NCBI GenBank assembly: GCA_946997535.1
Contig: CAMPVQ010000001.1
Span: 53,131-117,130 of the forward strand
Source of the DNA: an uncultured Candidatus Saccharibacteria bacterium
GTDB lineage: Bacteria; Patescibacteriota; Saccharimonadia; Saccharimonadales; Saccharimonadaceae
Length of the DNA: 64,000 nucleotides
Reading direction: 5' to 3'
Position 1 is the stretch's first letter; every line of letters begins with the position of its first letter. Of the stretch, positions 30,815 through 42,231 are shown piece after piece. The notes beneath the pieces were generated by a model, which saw only the letters and a list, made by a program, of their open reading frames with translations, did no database searches and had not been told where the DNA came from. The translations under genes and the position numbers were made by a program.

Positions 30815-33643
30815 CTATTTTTTATCTAGCATTTTCTGCAAATATTTTGCAGTGTAGCCACGACCAGTAGCTGCAACTTGCTCGGGCGTACCGGCCGCCA
30901 CCACGCGCCCACCATCTAAACCACCGTCTGGACCCATATCGATTACCCAGTCAGCACTCTTAATTACATCCAAATTATGCTCAATCACTAGCACACTATT
31001 CCCTGCATCTACTAGCTGTTGAATCACGTCCAGTAAGCGCCTCACATCTGCCGAATGTAGACCCGTAGTCGGCTCATCCATAATATAAAGTGTCTTACCG
31101 GTTGCCTTACGGCTCAGCTCAGTTGCTAGCTTTATTCGCTGCGCTTCACCACCAGAAAATGTCGTAGCCGACTGCCCAAGTTTTATGTAGCCTAAACCGA
31201 CATCCTGCAATGTCTTCAGCTTGCGATAAATTACTGGAATCGAACTAAAGAACTCTGCAGCCTCATCAATCGTCATCTTTAAGACTTCAGAAATATTTTT
31301 ATCATGCCATTTAATCTCCAACGCTTCTTTGTTATAACGAGCACCATGGCATTCTTCGCAAGTCACATAAATGTCTGGCAAAAAGTGCATTTCAATCTTA
31401 ATCGTGCCGTCGCCTTGGCAATGTTCACAGCGTCCACCACGTACATTAAAACTAAATCGACCAGCTTGGTACCCCCTGATATTAGCTTCAGGAGTAGCAG
31501 CAAACAAATCACGAATCGCGCTAAAGACGCCCGTGTACGTCGCTGGATTAGAACGTGGTGTACGGCCAATTGGGCTTTGATCAATTGTAATTACTTTATC
31601 TAATAAATCAATACCATCAATACGCTGATGAGCACCTGCCACTGACTTTGAATGATTCAACCGTGCCGACAGCTCCTTACTTAAAATATCGTTCACCAGC
31701 GTCGATTTGCCGGAACCAGATACACCACTCACCACAGTAAAAGTACCTAGCGGAAACGCTACATCAATATTCTTTAGATTGTGCTCACGAGCCCCACGCA
31801 CAATCAACTGGCGCTTCAAATCAACAGGCCGCCGACTAACTGGCACCGCAATTTTTTCCTTGCCGCATAAAAATCTGCCAGTTAATGAATCAGGGTTAGC
31901 TGCCACTTCTTCGGGCATTCCCGCCGCCACAATCTGTCCACCATTTGCGCCTGCACCAGGGCCGACATCCACTAAATAATCGGCCGACCGAATCGTGTCT
32001 TCATCATGCTCCACTACAATAACTGTGTTACCGAGGTCACGTAAATGCTTTAGTGTTGCAATCAATCGGTCATTGTCGCGCTGATGTAATCCAATACTCG
32101 GCTCATCTAGTACATAAAGCACACCCCTTAGCCCAGAGCCAATCTGCGTAGCTAAACGAATTCGTTGCGCTTCACCACCTGAAAGGGTGTTTGCGGCACG
32201 ACCCAACTCCAAATAACCTAAACCAACATCTTTCATAAAGCTCAGCCGTGATTTAATTTCCTTAAAAATCTGTCGGCCGATTGTCATTTCCTGTTCAGTC
32301 CATGCTACTGCGTTAAATACATCTATCGCATCATCAATACTTAAACTGCAAATATCGACAATAGATAAGTCGTGGACTGTAATCGCCTGCACTACTGGCT
32401 TTAAGCGTGCGCCATGGCAAACCGCACACTCACGCTCATGCATAAAACGCTCAATATCCTTCCGCACAAAATCGCTATCCGTCTCCTGCCACTTTTTCTC
32501 TAGCCCAGGTATCACGCCTTCATACTTAGCGCGAAATGATTTCGTACCATCTAACTGAATCGTGTAAGTATCATCGCCAGTGCCATATAAAATCATATCT
32601 TTTACCGACTGAGGCAAATCCTTTACTTCGGTACGCAAATCAAAGCCATGACGCTCCGCTACGGCTGCCAAACGCTTCTGCCACCAGCCGCCCACACCGG
32701 TGCGGTTATATGGCCGAATTGCCCCTTCCATAATAGTTAGATTAGGGTTCAGCACTAAATCAGGGTCAATCTCCATCCGGCTACCTAGACCACCGCAGGT
32801 TGGACAAGCTCCGAATGGCGCATTGAAGCTAAATAAGCGCGGCTCAAGGGCAGGAATTAGCTCGCTAGGATGATCTACACAAGCATAACGCTCCGAATAA
32901 GTATGTGTCTGTTTACTGTCTGCATCAATTACCACCACGGTACCTTCACCAATTAGTAACGCCTGCTCAATACTCTGCGAAATTCGGGCAATATCACTGT
33001 CATTCAATACTAGCCGGTCTACTACCAAATCAACATCATGCTTTAATTTTTTATCTAATTCAGGCCACTCATCCAAAGCGTACACCACACCATCAACCCG
33101 CGCCCGCGCATAACCACGCTGCATATATTTATCTGGAATAAATGCAAATTCACCTTTTTTCTGTCGCGCGAGTGGCGCATCAATATACACGCGACGCGGG
33201 CCTAGTTTCATAATCTCGTCAATAATCGACTGCGCCGTTCGTTTCGCCACAACTTTACCACAGATTGGACAATGTGGCACACCCAAACGAGCAAACAATA
33301 AACGCAAATAATCGTACGTCTCGGTCACCGTAGCCACCGTAGAACGCGGATTACGACTAGTAGACTTCTGGTCAATTGAGATTGCCGGACTCAAGCCCTC
33401 AATTTGATCCACATCCGGCTTATCCATTTGCCCCAAAAACATCCGCGCATAAGAAGATAGCGATTCTACATAACGCCGCTGGCCTTCAGCGTAAATTGTA
33501 TCAAACGCCAACGACGACTTACCGGAACCGGATAGCCCTGTAATTACTGTTAACTTATCGCGTGGAATAGCAACATCCACGTTCTTGAGATTGTGCACCC
33601 GCGCACCAATAACTTTAATATAGTTCTCTGACACTTCGGGCAT
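30815..33643 (-). CDS. uvrA: Excinuclease ABC subunit A
   Basis: Two ABC ATPase modules (GLSGSGKSS and GVSGSGKST) and zinc-finger Cys clusters; 942 aa. Confidence 0.95.
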   Translation of the reverse strand: MPEVSENYIKVIGARVHNLKNVDVAIPRDKLTVITGLSGSGKSSLAFDTIYAEGQRRYVESLSSYARMFLGQMDKPDVDQIEGLSPAISIDQKSTSRNPRSTVATVTETYDYLRLLFARLGVPHCPICGKVVAKRTAQSIIDEIMKLGPRRVYIDAPLARQKKGEFAFIPDKYMQRGYARARVDGVVYALDEWPELDKKLKHDVDLVVDRLVLNDSDIARISQSIEQALLIGEGTVVVIDADSKQTHTYSERYACVDHPSELIPALEPRLFSFNAPFGACPTCGGLGSRMEIDPDLVLNPNLTIMEGAIRPYNRTGVGGWWQKRLAAVAERHGFDLRTEVKDLPQSVKDMILYGTGDDTYTIQLDGTKSFRAKYEGVIPGLEKKWQETDSDFVRKDIERFMHERECAVCHGARLKPVVQAITVHDLSIVDICSLSIDDAIDVFNAVAWTEQEMTIGRQIFKEIKSRLSFMKDVGLGYLELGRAANTLSGGEAQRIRLATQIGSGLRGVLYVLDEPSIGLHQRDNDRLIATLKHLRDLGNTVIVVEHDEDTIRSADYLVDVGPGAGANGGQIVAAGMPEEVAANPDSLTGRFLCGKEKIAVPVSRRPVDLKRQLIVRGAREHNLKNIDVAFPLGTFTVVSGVSGSGKSTLVNDILSKELSARLNHSKSVAGAHQRIDGIDLLDKVITIDQSPIGRTPRSNPATYTGVFSAIRDLFAATPEANIRGYQAGRFSFNVRGGRCEHCQGDGTIKIEMHFLPDIYVTCEECHGARYNKEALEIKWHDKNISEVLKMTIDEAAEFFSSIPVIYRKLKTLQDVGLGYIKLGQSATTFSGGEAQRIKLATELSRKATGKTLYIMDEPTTGLHSADVRRLLDVIQQLVDAGNSVLVIEHNLDVIKSADWVIDMGPDGGLDGGRVVAAGTPEQVAATGRGYTAKYLQKMLDKK

Positions 33644-33671
33644 TATAACACCTTATAGCCGTTATGTCAAT

Positions 33672-34676
33672 CTACTTGCCACAATACTGTCGCCAACGCC
33701 ACGAATCACGACACATGTCAGCCAAATCATGCTGCGCAGTCCAGCCCAACAATTTCTTGGCATAATCGCAATTAGCATAGCATGTCGCAATATCACCCGA
33801 GCGACGACCATCAATTTGATATGGCACGTCAACATTATTCACTCGCTTAAAGGTATTGACTAGCTGCAGTACACTATAGCCTTCACCCGTGCCCAAGTTA
33901 ACCTTCTGTACACCAGTATGATTTTCAAGATAGTCTACTGCTTTTACATGACCTTGTGCCAAATCTACTACATGTATATAATCGCGCACACCTGTGCCAT
34001 CTGGTGTATCGTAATCATCACCAAAGATGTGTAACTTTGGCAGCTTACCTAACGCTACCTGCGTAATATACGGCATGATGTTGTTCGGTATACCATTTGG
34101 ATCCTCACCAATTAAGCCCGACTGATGTGCACCAATTGGATTAAAGTACCTCAGTAGCATAACCGACCAACTATTGTCAGACGTATAAACATCTTGTAGA
34201 ATCTGCTCGTTCATAATCTTAGTGGAGCCATAAGGATTAGTTGCAGTTCCTACCGGCATATCTTCCGTAAACGGCGGTCGGTTAATTGCGCCATAAACCG
34301 TAGCACTCGAGCTAAAGACGATTTTCTTAACGTTAAATTCCGCCATTACCTCAAGAACTGATATTAGTCCATCAATATTATTATGATAGTACTTTAGTGG
34401 TTTTTCTACCGATTCACCAACTGCCTTAAATGCTGCAAAATGAATTACCGCATCAATCTTCTCTTTTTGGAAAATATCGCGCAAGGCTGCTTTGTCTAAA
34501 ATATTAGCTTGATACAATTTCGGTCGCTTACCAACAATCTGTGTTACGCGATCTATCACATCGGGATGACTATTTGAGAAATCATCGACCACTACAACAT
34601 CCTTTCCTGCCGACATTAACTCAACTACAGTATGTGATCCAATGTATCCAGCACCACCAGTTACTAATATTGCCAT
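33672..34676 (-). CDS. galE: UDP-glucose 4-epimerase
   Basis: N-terminal GGAGYIGS Rossmann fold, YxxxK SDR signature, 334 aa. Confidence 0.88.
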   Translation of the reverse strand: MAILVTGGAGYIGSHTVVELMSAGKDVVVVDDFSNSHPDVIDRVTQIVGKRPKLYQANILDKAALRDIFQKEKIDAVIHFAAFKAVGESVEKPLKYYHNNIDGLISVLEVMAEFNVKKIVFSSSATVYGAINRPPFTEDMPVGTATNPYGSTKIMNEQILQDVYTSDNSWSVMLLRYFNPIGAHQSGLIGEDPNGIPNNIMPYITQVALGKLPKLHIFGDDYDTPDGTGVRDYIHVVDLAQGHVKAVDYLENHTGVQKVNLGTGEGYSVLQLVNTFKRVNNVDVPYQIDGRRSGDIATCYANCDYAKKLLGWTAQHDLADMCRDSWRWRQYCGK

Positions 34677-34685
34677 AAATACCTC

Positions 34686-36116
34686 CTATTCTTCCATATC
34701 AAATGGCATAATTGACTCCGCCCATAGCTGCAATTCTTGCAAGATAAACTCATCGGCCCCCGCCGCTTGCGCTTCGCTCAAAGCTTTAAGATATCCCGGT
34801 AATTCGCGCTTTAATTTAGCAGAACGATATTTTTCCCAACTTAGCTGCTCACTTTCACTTAAACTACGTGGATAATTGCGTGCCTTATAACGTAATAATA
34901 GCGCCGGCAAACGCGGGTCATGAAACGGCGGATGGCAATCAGCCAACGCGTTTTCATCCATATGCGCCACAATTCTACAATGCACCTTGTCGCCATCAGG
35001 GATAAAGCTCTCGTACATCGTACCGTCAACATCGGTTGCAGAGGGCATTGCGCCAGCCTTTAACGATAGGCGTAGTAGTGCTTCAATAAATTCTTTGTGT
35101 TCTAACAGTTTCTTTGCATTCTCTTGTGCTTGCTGCTTGGTCAACTTAATTCGCACCTCGCTTGCTTCATCCAATACGCCAAACGGTGCTACCGCCGGGC
35201 AAGCGTTAGTTTTAATCGTTAGCAGTGGCAAACGCGCCAAACCACGTTTATCCAACTCCGCCTGCTCGCCCACAATGCTGGTCGCGATATCATCATCGTT
35301 ATATCTAAAATAGCTACTCGGGTCATGTCGCAAATCCCAACAAATATAACTACCGCTGTATTTACCGTTACCAAGCGGCAATGCTACAGTGGTGCATTGC
35401 GTATCTGCCGGCAATCTACCACTAGTCAATACGCACGGCATGCCTATCTTAACTACACTAGATAACGACGCTTTATTACGGTGCAAATAAAGATAATCCC
35501 ATAATTTTGGTTGCTTCGCTTTAATTAATTTCGCTAAATTAATTAAAGCCTTTACATCAGCTAAAGCATCGTGCGCTTGTTTATTCTCAAACCCATTACT
35601 CTTTGCCATATCTACCAAATTAACTGTTGGCTTAATTTCGCCATCAACTTCTTTGGTCGGCCAGACAATTCCCTCGGGGCGCAAGGCGCGCACCATACGC
35701 ACTACATTAAGCAAATCCCATCGTGAACAATGCTGCGTATACGACCACTCGTAAGGGTCGCGGAAGCTGCGCCAGAGTGTATGACGAATAAACTCATCAT
35801 CAAAATGTATGCTATTGTAGCCCAAAATAGTTGTACCATAACACATTACTTCTTTTAGAAAATAATCACAGAACTCCGCCTCAGTTATGTCATCCATCTG
35901 CGTAGACTGTGGTGTAATATGAGTCGTGAGAATTGCACCTGGGGATGGCAATACATCATCGCTTAATTTAATTAAGAGATCGACTGGTTCGCCAATTGGC
36001 TCTAACTGCATATTAGTCCGAATACCGGCGAACTGCATAATTCGGTCATAGCTCGAGCTAAATCCCGTGGTCTCTAAGTCGTAGAAGAAAAATGTGTCAG
36101 GCATATCTACTACCAT
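34686..36116 (-). CDS. sbcB: Exodeoxyribonuclease I
   Basis: Close match to the E. coli SbcB pattern: YDLETTG, ILGYNSIHFDDEF, RWDLLNVVRMVRALRPEGI, HDALADV. Confidence 0.85.
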   Translation of the reverse strand: MVVDMPDTFFFYDLETTGFSSSYDRIMQFAGIRTNMQLEPIGEPVDLLIKLSDDVLPSPGAILTTHITPQSTQMDDITEAEFCDYFLKEVMCYGTTILGYNSIHFDDEFIRHTLWRSFRDPYEWSYTQHCSRWDLLNVVRMVRALRPEGIVWPTKEVDGEIKPTVNLVDMAKSNGFENKQAHDALADVKALINLAKLIKAKQPKLWDYLYLHRNKASLSSVVKIGMPCVLTSGRLPADTQCTTVALPLGNGKYSGSYICWDLRHDPSSYFRYNDDDIATSIVGEQAELDKRGLARLPLLTIKTNACPAVAPFGVLDEASEVRIKLTKQQAQENAKKLLEHKEFIEALLRLSLKAGAMPSATDVDGTMYESFIPDGDKVHCRIVAHMDENALADCHPPFHDPRLPALLLRYKARNYPRSLSESEQLSWEKYRSAKLKRELPGYLKALSEAQAAGADEFILQELQLWAESIMPFDMEE

Positions 36117-36144
36117 TTTAGCGCATATGCTCTAAAACCGTAAA

Positions 36145-37314
36145 TTAGTGGATAAAACGCAAGCCATTCAATGCCGAACCAGAAATTGTTCGAGTAGAGC
36201 GCCGATTCCAACCAGAATAATTCATCTCTGAAATAAAGATTGATCCGTCAGGATTAACTCGTTCCACAATACCAACATGACCATAAGGACCGGCTTTAGT
36301 CTGGAAAATTGCGCCTGGTTCAGGGTGGCGATCAACTGCATATCCACTCATTGCAGCACGTGTATCCCAAGTATTAGCATTGCCCCAACCACCAGCCACT
36401 GGCAAACCAAGTTCACGACGACGATTATAAGCGTACCAAGTACAATAACCATAGGCGTAGTTATTACCCGACACAATCCGGACACGCGGAATAAATGCTC
36501 GCGAATTACCCGCGCCACCGTTAGCAATCATCAAAGTAAGACCTGCTGAATCAGGCAATAGTAACCGTACACCATCTTTAACACCAGACTGGTCAATATC
36601 ATTAATTGCCAAAATATCATTCGGATTTACTTGATACCGACCACCTATACCTTCTAGGCTGTCGCCAGCCTGTACTGTATACACAACACCGTCATAGCCA
36701 GGAGCCGTAATTACGCTACCAGGTACCAATGCATCACCATTAATATTGTTCGCCTTTCGCAAGGTGTCTGGCGAGATGCCAAATTTCTCAGCCACTAACG
36801 GAACATTATCACCTTTCTTAACTCGATAATTACTGAGCGCTTTGGCAAGATGAGACATACTGGCATTCTGTCGTTTATTCGCTAATCCAACCTCTGCCTG
36901 CGCCAACGCCGCCAGAGTGTTAGTTGATTCAGCATTAGATGTCACGCTGTTTGTAGATGACAAATTAGATAATGTCGCAACATCACTTGCCACATTTACT
37001 ACCTTTACGTCATTGGCTGTCTTCGTAATCGGCTTATTAACAACTTTGCTTGGATTGTTAGCCGCCGACAATCCTGTATTAACATTCGCTACGTCAGCAT
37101 TCTGCCCTTGCATTCCGTTAACGCCAACTGTTGCCGTGGTAGCTGGTAAACTAACCACAGTAGCATCCGCCGAACTATAACTCATACTCAAAATCGCTAC
37201 AAATAACAAGAAAATCGGCGCGTAAACATAGAAATTTATCTTATGGTTGCCACGCTTTTTATCTCGCTTAAATGCACCCGCAAGATGCTTTATCAAATTG
37301 TGGTTATCCTTCAT
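36145..37314 (-). CDS. Secreted peptidoglycan hydrolase with LysM repeats and a C-terminal CHAP domain
   Basis: Signal/TM segment, two LysM-like segments and the CHAP motif GYCTWYAYNRR with a His in HVGIV. Confidence 0.75.
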   Translation of the reverse strand: MKDNHNLIKHLAGAFKRDKKRGNHKINFYVYAPIFLLFVAILSMSYSSADATVVSLPATTATVGVNGMQGQNADVANVNTGLSAANNPSKVVNKPITKTANDVKVVNVASDVATLSNLSSTNSVTSNAESTNTLAALAQAEVGLANKRQNASMSHLAKALSNYRVKKGDNVPLVAEKFGISPDTLRKANNINGDALVPGSVITAPGYDGVVYTVQAGDSLEGIGGRYQVNPNDILAINDIDQSGVKDGVRLLLPDSAGLTLMIANGGAGNSRAFIPRVRIVSGNNYAYGYCTWYAYNRRRELGLPVAGGWGNANTWDTRAAMSGYAVDRHPEPGAIFQTKAGPYGHVGIVERVNPDGSIFISEMNYSGWNRRSTRTISGSALNGLRFIH

Positions 37315-37372
37315 AACTCTATCTAACTACTCTTATAATAGCATATTAAAACTGCTAGTGTCAACTTAGATG

Positions 37373-38569
37373 CTATTTACATAGCTCAGTACAATGCGCT
37401 GCAATTGCTTTGTTATGCTGGTCTAGTGTATCTGAAAAATACGTCTTACCGTCATCGCCCGCTACAAAATACATTGCTGTCATGCTATCTGGATTAGCTA
37501 CCGCTTTCAAGGCGCTGAGCGATGGATTAGCAATTGGCCCTGGTGGCAAACCTTTGTTAATTCGCGTGTTGTAAACCGAATCACATTTCGAGCTATTAGT
37601 GTTACACAAGCCTTGCGCATAAGCATACTTAAATGTCACATCAGAGCCCAAATTGTACCCTTGAGTTAAACGATTATAAAACACTCCCGCCACCTTTTTC
37701 TGATCGCTCAGGTCTTTAACTTCCTTGGTAACAATCGAAGCCAGTGTAATGCCCTTATGAATATTCAATCCACGCTTCTTGAAGCCTTCCAATATACCAT
37801 TGCTTTTAGCTACCTTATAAAATTGATTTAAGGCCTTATTGATTACTACGTCTAACTTATCACCAGCGCGCACGCGGTAAGTATCGGGGTACAGATAGCC
37901 CTCTAACGATGCGCCCTTTGGTAGATCAGCTAATATTGGATTATCATATTTTTTACTAAATGCCGCTGTAACATCTTGCTCAGTATAATCATACTTCTTA
38001 AAGTTATCCTTCAGTTTATCTAATGTCAGTCCTGGTGGTATCTGAATATTAATTTCCGTGCCAGTTGACGATGCCAAAGTCTGCGCAATCTTGGCTAACG
38101 TAAAACTCGGACTTAACATATGCGTACCAGCCTGTACATTTCCACCGTATAATTTAACATAAATACAAAATGCTATGGCATTGCGAATAAAACCGGCCCG
38201 CTGCAACGCGGTAGCGACCGACATACTAGAAGATCCTTTATCGACTACAAACTGCCGCACGGTAATATCTTTCGCATCAGCCGCAGAAGTCGAAACATTC
38301 CACCACGTGGCTACAGTACTACAAACCAGCACTAAAACAACTATGACGCATAACGCAATACGTAGTGCATGCCAGCACTTTGGACTAAGCTGCTTCCGCG
38401 CTGCTCGCTTAGCAGCTAGTTCAGCAGCTTTACGCTCCTCTGGAGTCATAGATTTTAGCCGGTCTGCGTCAATTACCGCCTTGAAGTCTAGTTCAACATA
38501 GTCGCGCGCAATCTCTACTGATGGTCTACGATTCACGTTGTGTGACGCTTTACTCATGATGCCCCTCAA
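37373..38569 (-). CDS. mltG: Endolytic murein transglycosylase MltG (YceG family)
   Basis: N-terminal TM helix, YceG motifs LEGYLYPDTY and GLPPGPIANPSLSAL. Confidence 0.8.
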   Translation of the reverse strand: MRGIMSKASHNVNRRPSVEIARDYVELDFKAVIDADRLKSMTPEERKAAELAAKRAARKQLSPKCWHALRIALCVIVVLVLVCSTVATWWNVSTSAADAKDITVRQFVVDKGSSSMSVATALQRAGFIRNAIAFCIYVKLYGGNVQAGTHMLSPSFTLAKIAQTLASSTGTEINIQIPPGLTLDKLKDNFKKYDYTEQDVTAAFSKKYDNPILADLPKGASLEGYLYPDTYRVRAGDKLDVVINKALNQFYKVAKSNGILEGFKKRGLNIHKGITLASIVTKEVKDLSDQKKVAGVFYNRLTQGYNLGSDVTFKYAYAQGLCNTNSSKCDSVYNTRINKGLPPGPIANPSLSALKAVANPDSMTAMYFVAGDDGKTYFSDTLDQHNKAIAAHCTELCK

Positions 38570-38993
38570 GATAGTCTGACAATATTATTACTGCCGCTCT
38601 AATATCTAATTTACCATTACGCAACATAATTGGATCAAAATGTCGCTCTCTGCGCAGTTGTTGTTCAGCTTTAACTGAAGTTAGGCTTTCATCCTGCATT
38701 AACACATCAACCTTTAAATTGTTATCCATCAAATACCGTCTCAAATCATTAGCAAACTGCTTACATTTGGCAGTTTGGCTAGTCTCAGCACCTTCATTAT
38801 CACGCGGCAGCCCAACTACCACGATATCGGCGTGTTCTGACTTAATAATATTTAATATTTGCATCCAAACATTATCATCACCAGTATTAATCAGCAACCC
38901 TAGCTCGCTCGCCAACTTAACGTCCGTATCGCCACGCGCCAAACCAATATGCTTATCGCCGTAATCTATCCCAATAATTATCCGTCGCATCAC
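38550..38993 (-). CDS. ruvX: Holliday junction resolvase-like RuvX/YqgF
   Basis: IIIGIDYGDKHIGLARGD RNase H-like N-terminus; 147 aa. Confidence 0.85.
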   Translation of the reverse strand: MMRRIIIGIDYGDKHIGLARGDTDVKLASELGLLINTGDDNVWMQILNIIKSEHADIVVVGLPRDNEGAETSQTAKCKQFANDLRRYLMDNNLKVDVLMQDESLTSVKAEQQLRRERHFDPIMLRNGKLDIRAAVIILSDYLEGHHE

Positions 38994-40936
38994 TGATTAA
39001 TCGAGAACTTAACTCCTACTTTATCGGCTGAACTTGGGGTTGACACCCAGAATGGCGACATCTTCACTGTCACATCCTGCACCCCAGGAATCTTCATTAA
39101 TTCTTGTTTAATTTCAGCCTGCTTTTTGCCAACAGCCTTCTGCTTTACGTCATCCTCCTTAATTATTGGACCAACGTAGCCAACTGTACTAGCAGCAACT
39201 GTATAGCCACGACGCTCAGCTTTAAACCGTTTAAATGCTAACTTCGCTAAGCCATCATCATAAATCTGTTGGCTGCTGGTTGGTGATAATTTAGCATCTA
39301 GTAGCGTCTTTAGGTCAGTTGTACGAACCGCCAATAAGCTATACGTAATCTCCACAGTCAAATTAGCCTTGCCGTCGTTAGAAATCTGGTCGATCGCTGG
39401 ACTAGCTTTAGGACTGCTAGTCTGTTGTGTAAAGCTATCGGCAATGATCGTTTCACCTACTAATTGTTCTTCTAGTTTATGCTTTGACTCATCTGATTTA
39501 TCCTGCTCCTTTAACTTCGCCAATGCACCATCAATATCTTGGCGCGTCACCACTTTAACTGTCTTACGTGTACCACCAGAGAAACCATTAGGTGCTACCG
39601 CGGTAACGAGGTCTGCCCCATAGCCAGAAATTGATAGTTTGGTGCTATCGGAAATGTTAAAATCGTCACCAATGTTAGACGCTGTAGCCTTAGTAGATAC
39701 ACAATTTTGCTTCACATCAGCACCATTGCCAATACTATACCCCTTTACTGTTGTAGAGGCATCTAAGGTATAAATTTTCCCGCTAGTACTACGTAGCTGC
39801 GTTCCAGCTTTAATGCTTACAACATTTTGCTGTAAACTAGTGAGACTTAACATAATTGGCTTCTTATTACAAATCGTAATATTGCCAGTGGCTTTATCAC
39901 CTTGGTCGCGCGTGCCAGTTGCATCAAACTGAATCGAGCTAGTTGATTTAATAGTCTTAACTACGGCTGGCAATATATTGCGACTAACATCCGCCTTGCC
40001 ATCAGGAATTAAACTCAAATTAGCCACAATGTCTTTTGGTATGGTTTTGGCTTTAATAATAATATCGGTATGCGGTGCAAATACAACGGCCCACGCAACA
40101 AATATACCAAGCCCGACGATTACCATAATGCTACCAATAAGTTTGGCCCGAAATACTCCAAAATTAGGCACTTTAGTACGAGTATGTCGAGATTTTACAC
40201 TATCGCGCTGAGTCTGCTCTTCATCATCGTTGACGCCATCAGCATCTAAATCATTACGGTGTTTATCATCAGCTTCAATCGATGCCACCGCCGCGCTGAT
40301 TTCTTTGTCTTCCGGAATATCATCCACAGATCTCGCCATATCGTCAAGTTCGCCAACTGCAATGTCGTTGCCGTCAATAACTTCTTCATTTTCATCACTC
40401 GCATCGTCCCGTCTACTGCGCAATACAGATTGTGCATTGACACTCTTTGCAACTGGAATATTTAGACTCGAGGCCATACTAATTAGTGCAGATTCTGTGG
40501 TCACTACGGTAATTTTTTTATGCGCCCGCTCAGCAGCACGACGAATCAGCTTTAAATTCACTAAGCTATTTAGCACACCGCGTTTCGCACTCGGCACCAA
40601 AGCTACCACTGATTGTCCTGATGCTACTACACGCTCAATCAGAGATGTCACATCGTCATCGCTATCAACATACACAGTATCACGGCCGCGCAAAGTAGAT
40701 GCCTCCTTGTGCGATTCGTATGATTCAACTTTTTTACTTATCTCAACATTATCCGACTCGTTGTCTTCAATGGAGAGATCTTCTTTATTTTTCGTCGCGA
40801 CGCTTTGCTTGTTCTTATAAGTATCCTTAGTGTCTGTCGCACGACGAATACTACTAGCTTCAGATTCATTAGATCTTATATTATGCCTAACTTTTATGTT
40901 ACTATTTTCACTCGATATTGTATCCAATTTGGCCAT
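38990..40936 (-). CDS. Hypothetical bitopic membrane protein (648 aa) with an acidic cytoplasmic N-domain and a Ser/Thr-rich extracellular domain
   Basis: Single TM helix (IGSIMVIVGLGIFVAWAVVF) near residue 280 and an Asp/Glu-rich segment. No family recognised. Overlaps ruvX by 4 nt. Confidence 0.55.
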   Translation of the reverse strand: MAKLDTISSENSNIKVRHNIRSNESEASSIRRATDTKDTYKNKQSVATKNKEDLSIEDNESDNVEISKKVESYESHKEASTLRGRDTVYVDSDDDVTSLIERVVASGQSVVALVPSAKRGVLNSLVNLKLIRRAAERAHKKITVVTTESALISMASSLNIPVAKSVNAQSVLRSRRDDASDENEEVIDGNDIAVGELDDMARSVDDIPEDKEISAAVASIEADDKHRNDLDADGVNDDEEQTQRDSVKSRHTRTKVPNFGVFRAKLIGSIMVIVGLGIFVAWAVVFAPHTDIIIKAKTIPKDIVANLSLIPDGKADVSRNILPAVVKTIKSTSSIQFDATGTRDQGDKATGNITICNKKPIMLSLTSLQQNVVSIKAGTQLRSTSGKIYTLDASTTVKGYSIGNGADVKQNCVSTKATASNIGDDFNISDSTKLSISGYGADLVTAVAPNGFSGGTRKTVKVVTRQDIDGALAKLKEQDKSDESKHKLEEQLVGETIIADSFTQQTSSPKASPAIDQISNDGKANLTVEITYSLLAVRTTDLKTLLDAKLSPTSSQQIYDDGLAKLAFKRFKAERRGYTVAASTVGYVGPIIKEDDVKQKAVGKKQAEIKQELMKIPGVQDVTVKMSPFWVSTPSSADKVGVKFSINQ

Positions 40937-40945
40937 TGCAACCTC

Positions 40946-42208
40946 CTAAATCCGCAAAATGCGGTCTAACCTACCCTTAATACCTTTATCGCTATTATCG
41001 GTTGTCTTTATTGTATCATATCCAACACGCAATAGCCCCAAAGCTGTTATAAAATCACATCCTTGCACGTCACCAGTAGCATCACTAATACCAATTACAT
41101 CATCAGGCCCGATATGTTGAACCTGTGGACGGCGCACAAATGGCAACTCCTTATACCAATCAGTCGTCTCTAAGCTATCAACTAACCCCTCTAGTGAAGC
41201 ACCACCACCACAGAGCAAAAACTTAGTCGGCAAATGGTCTAATGTATCAAATTCATCTAATGCAATCTGCACTCCAGATAGCCAAACAGTTGTTGTTTTA
41301 TCAACCGCAGAGTCAATCGCATCTCTAACCTTCTGCTTGATATTATCATTCGATAAATTTACCTTTAATTTTTCAGCAGCTTCATAACTAATGCCTAAAT
41401 CATGGCTAATTGTCTTAGTGAATGAACGGCCAGCAACGCCAAACATGCGTGTTCCCTCCACCCCGCCGTCATTCACAACGGCAATGTCAGTACTACCACC
41501 ACCAATATCACATAGAATAGCTGTGTAATTTTGATCAGACTCATTACCCAAAACCGCTCGTGCTACAGCAAATGGCTCTGCAGCGACAGCCAATAACTCT
41601 AAATCCAAACTATCCGCGGTCCGCCCAAGCGCACTAATATGCATCGCTGGCGCGAATGCTGTATAAATCTGAATAGCAACATCCTTTCCAGTAAAGCCTA
41701 GCGGATTAGATACTTTATAGCCATCAATATGAATACTTACAATTGCTGAATTCACTAGTTTAACGTCAACGTCAGGAGTGCCAGTCTCAATACCAATTTG
41801 TTGCTGTGCCTTAACGGCGGCACGCTCTTGTATTTTATTAATAATTAGACTCATCTCCGCCGAGTCTAGCTCACGGTCGGGCCGTGGACGGCGATAACGG
41901 ATTGTCGACGTAATACCCTTAACAAATTCACCTGCTATCCCGATTACCACATTACGCGCACGCACACCCGCTTGATCTTCCGCCTTCATCAATGCAGATT
42001 CACAGCTCTTAATCACACCGGTAATATCTGAAATTGCGCCACCGGTCATATTGCCAAACTCCTGGCGCGCACGACCAACACCTATTACGCGCAAATCATT
42101 TGAGTCATCATCGATAAACTCAGCAATCAATACTTTAGTAAACTCAGTACCAATATCTAGTGCCGCCAGATATTGGTTATCACTCCCGCTGCGTGAGAAT
42201 AACTTCAT
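40946..42208 (-). CDS. ftsA: FtsA-like actin-family ATPase
   Basis: Phosphate-1 LDIGTEFTK, phosphate-2 CDIGGGSTDIAVV, adenosine motif LLCGGGASLEGLV and a C-terminal amphipathic tail GIKGRLDRILRI; 420 aa. Confidence 0.6.
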   Translation of the reverse strand: MKLFSRSGSDNQYLAALDIGTEFTKVLIAEFIDDDSNDLRVIGVGRARQEFGNMTGGAISDITGVIKSCESALMKAEDQAGVRARNVVIGIAGEFVKGITSTIRYRRPRPDRELDSAEMSLIINKIQERAAVKAQQQIGIETGTPDVDVKLVNSAIVSIHIDGYKVSNPLGFTGKDVAIQIYTAFAPAMHISALGRTADSLDLELLAVAAEPFAVARAVLGNESDQNYTAILCDIGGGSTDIAVVNDGGVEGTRMFGVAGRSFTKTISHDLGISYEAAEKLKVNLSNDNIKQKVRDAIDSAVDKTTTVWLSGVQIALDEFDTLDHLPTKFLLCGGGASLEGLVDSLETTDWYKELPFVRRPQVQHIGPDDVIGISDATGDVQGCDFITALGLLRVGYDTIKTTDNSDKGIKGRLDRILRI

Positions 42209-42231
42209 GTTATTATTATACTACATAATGC

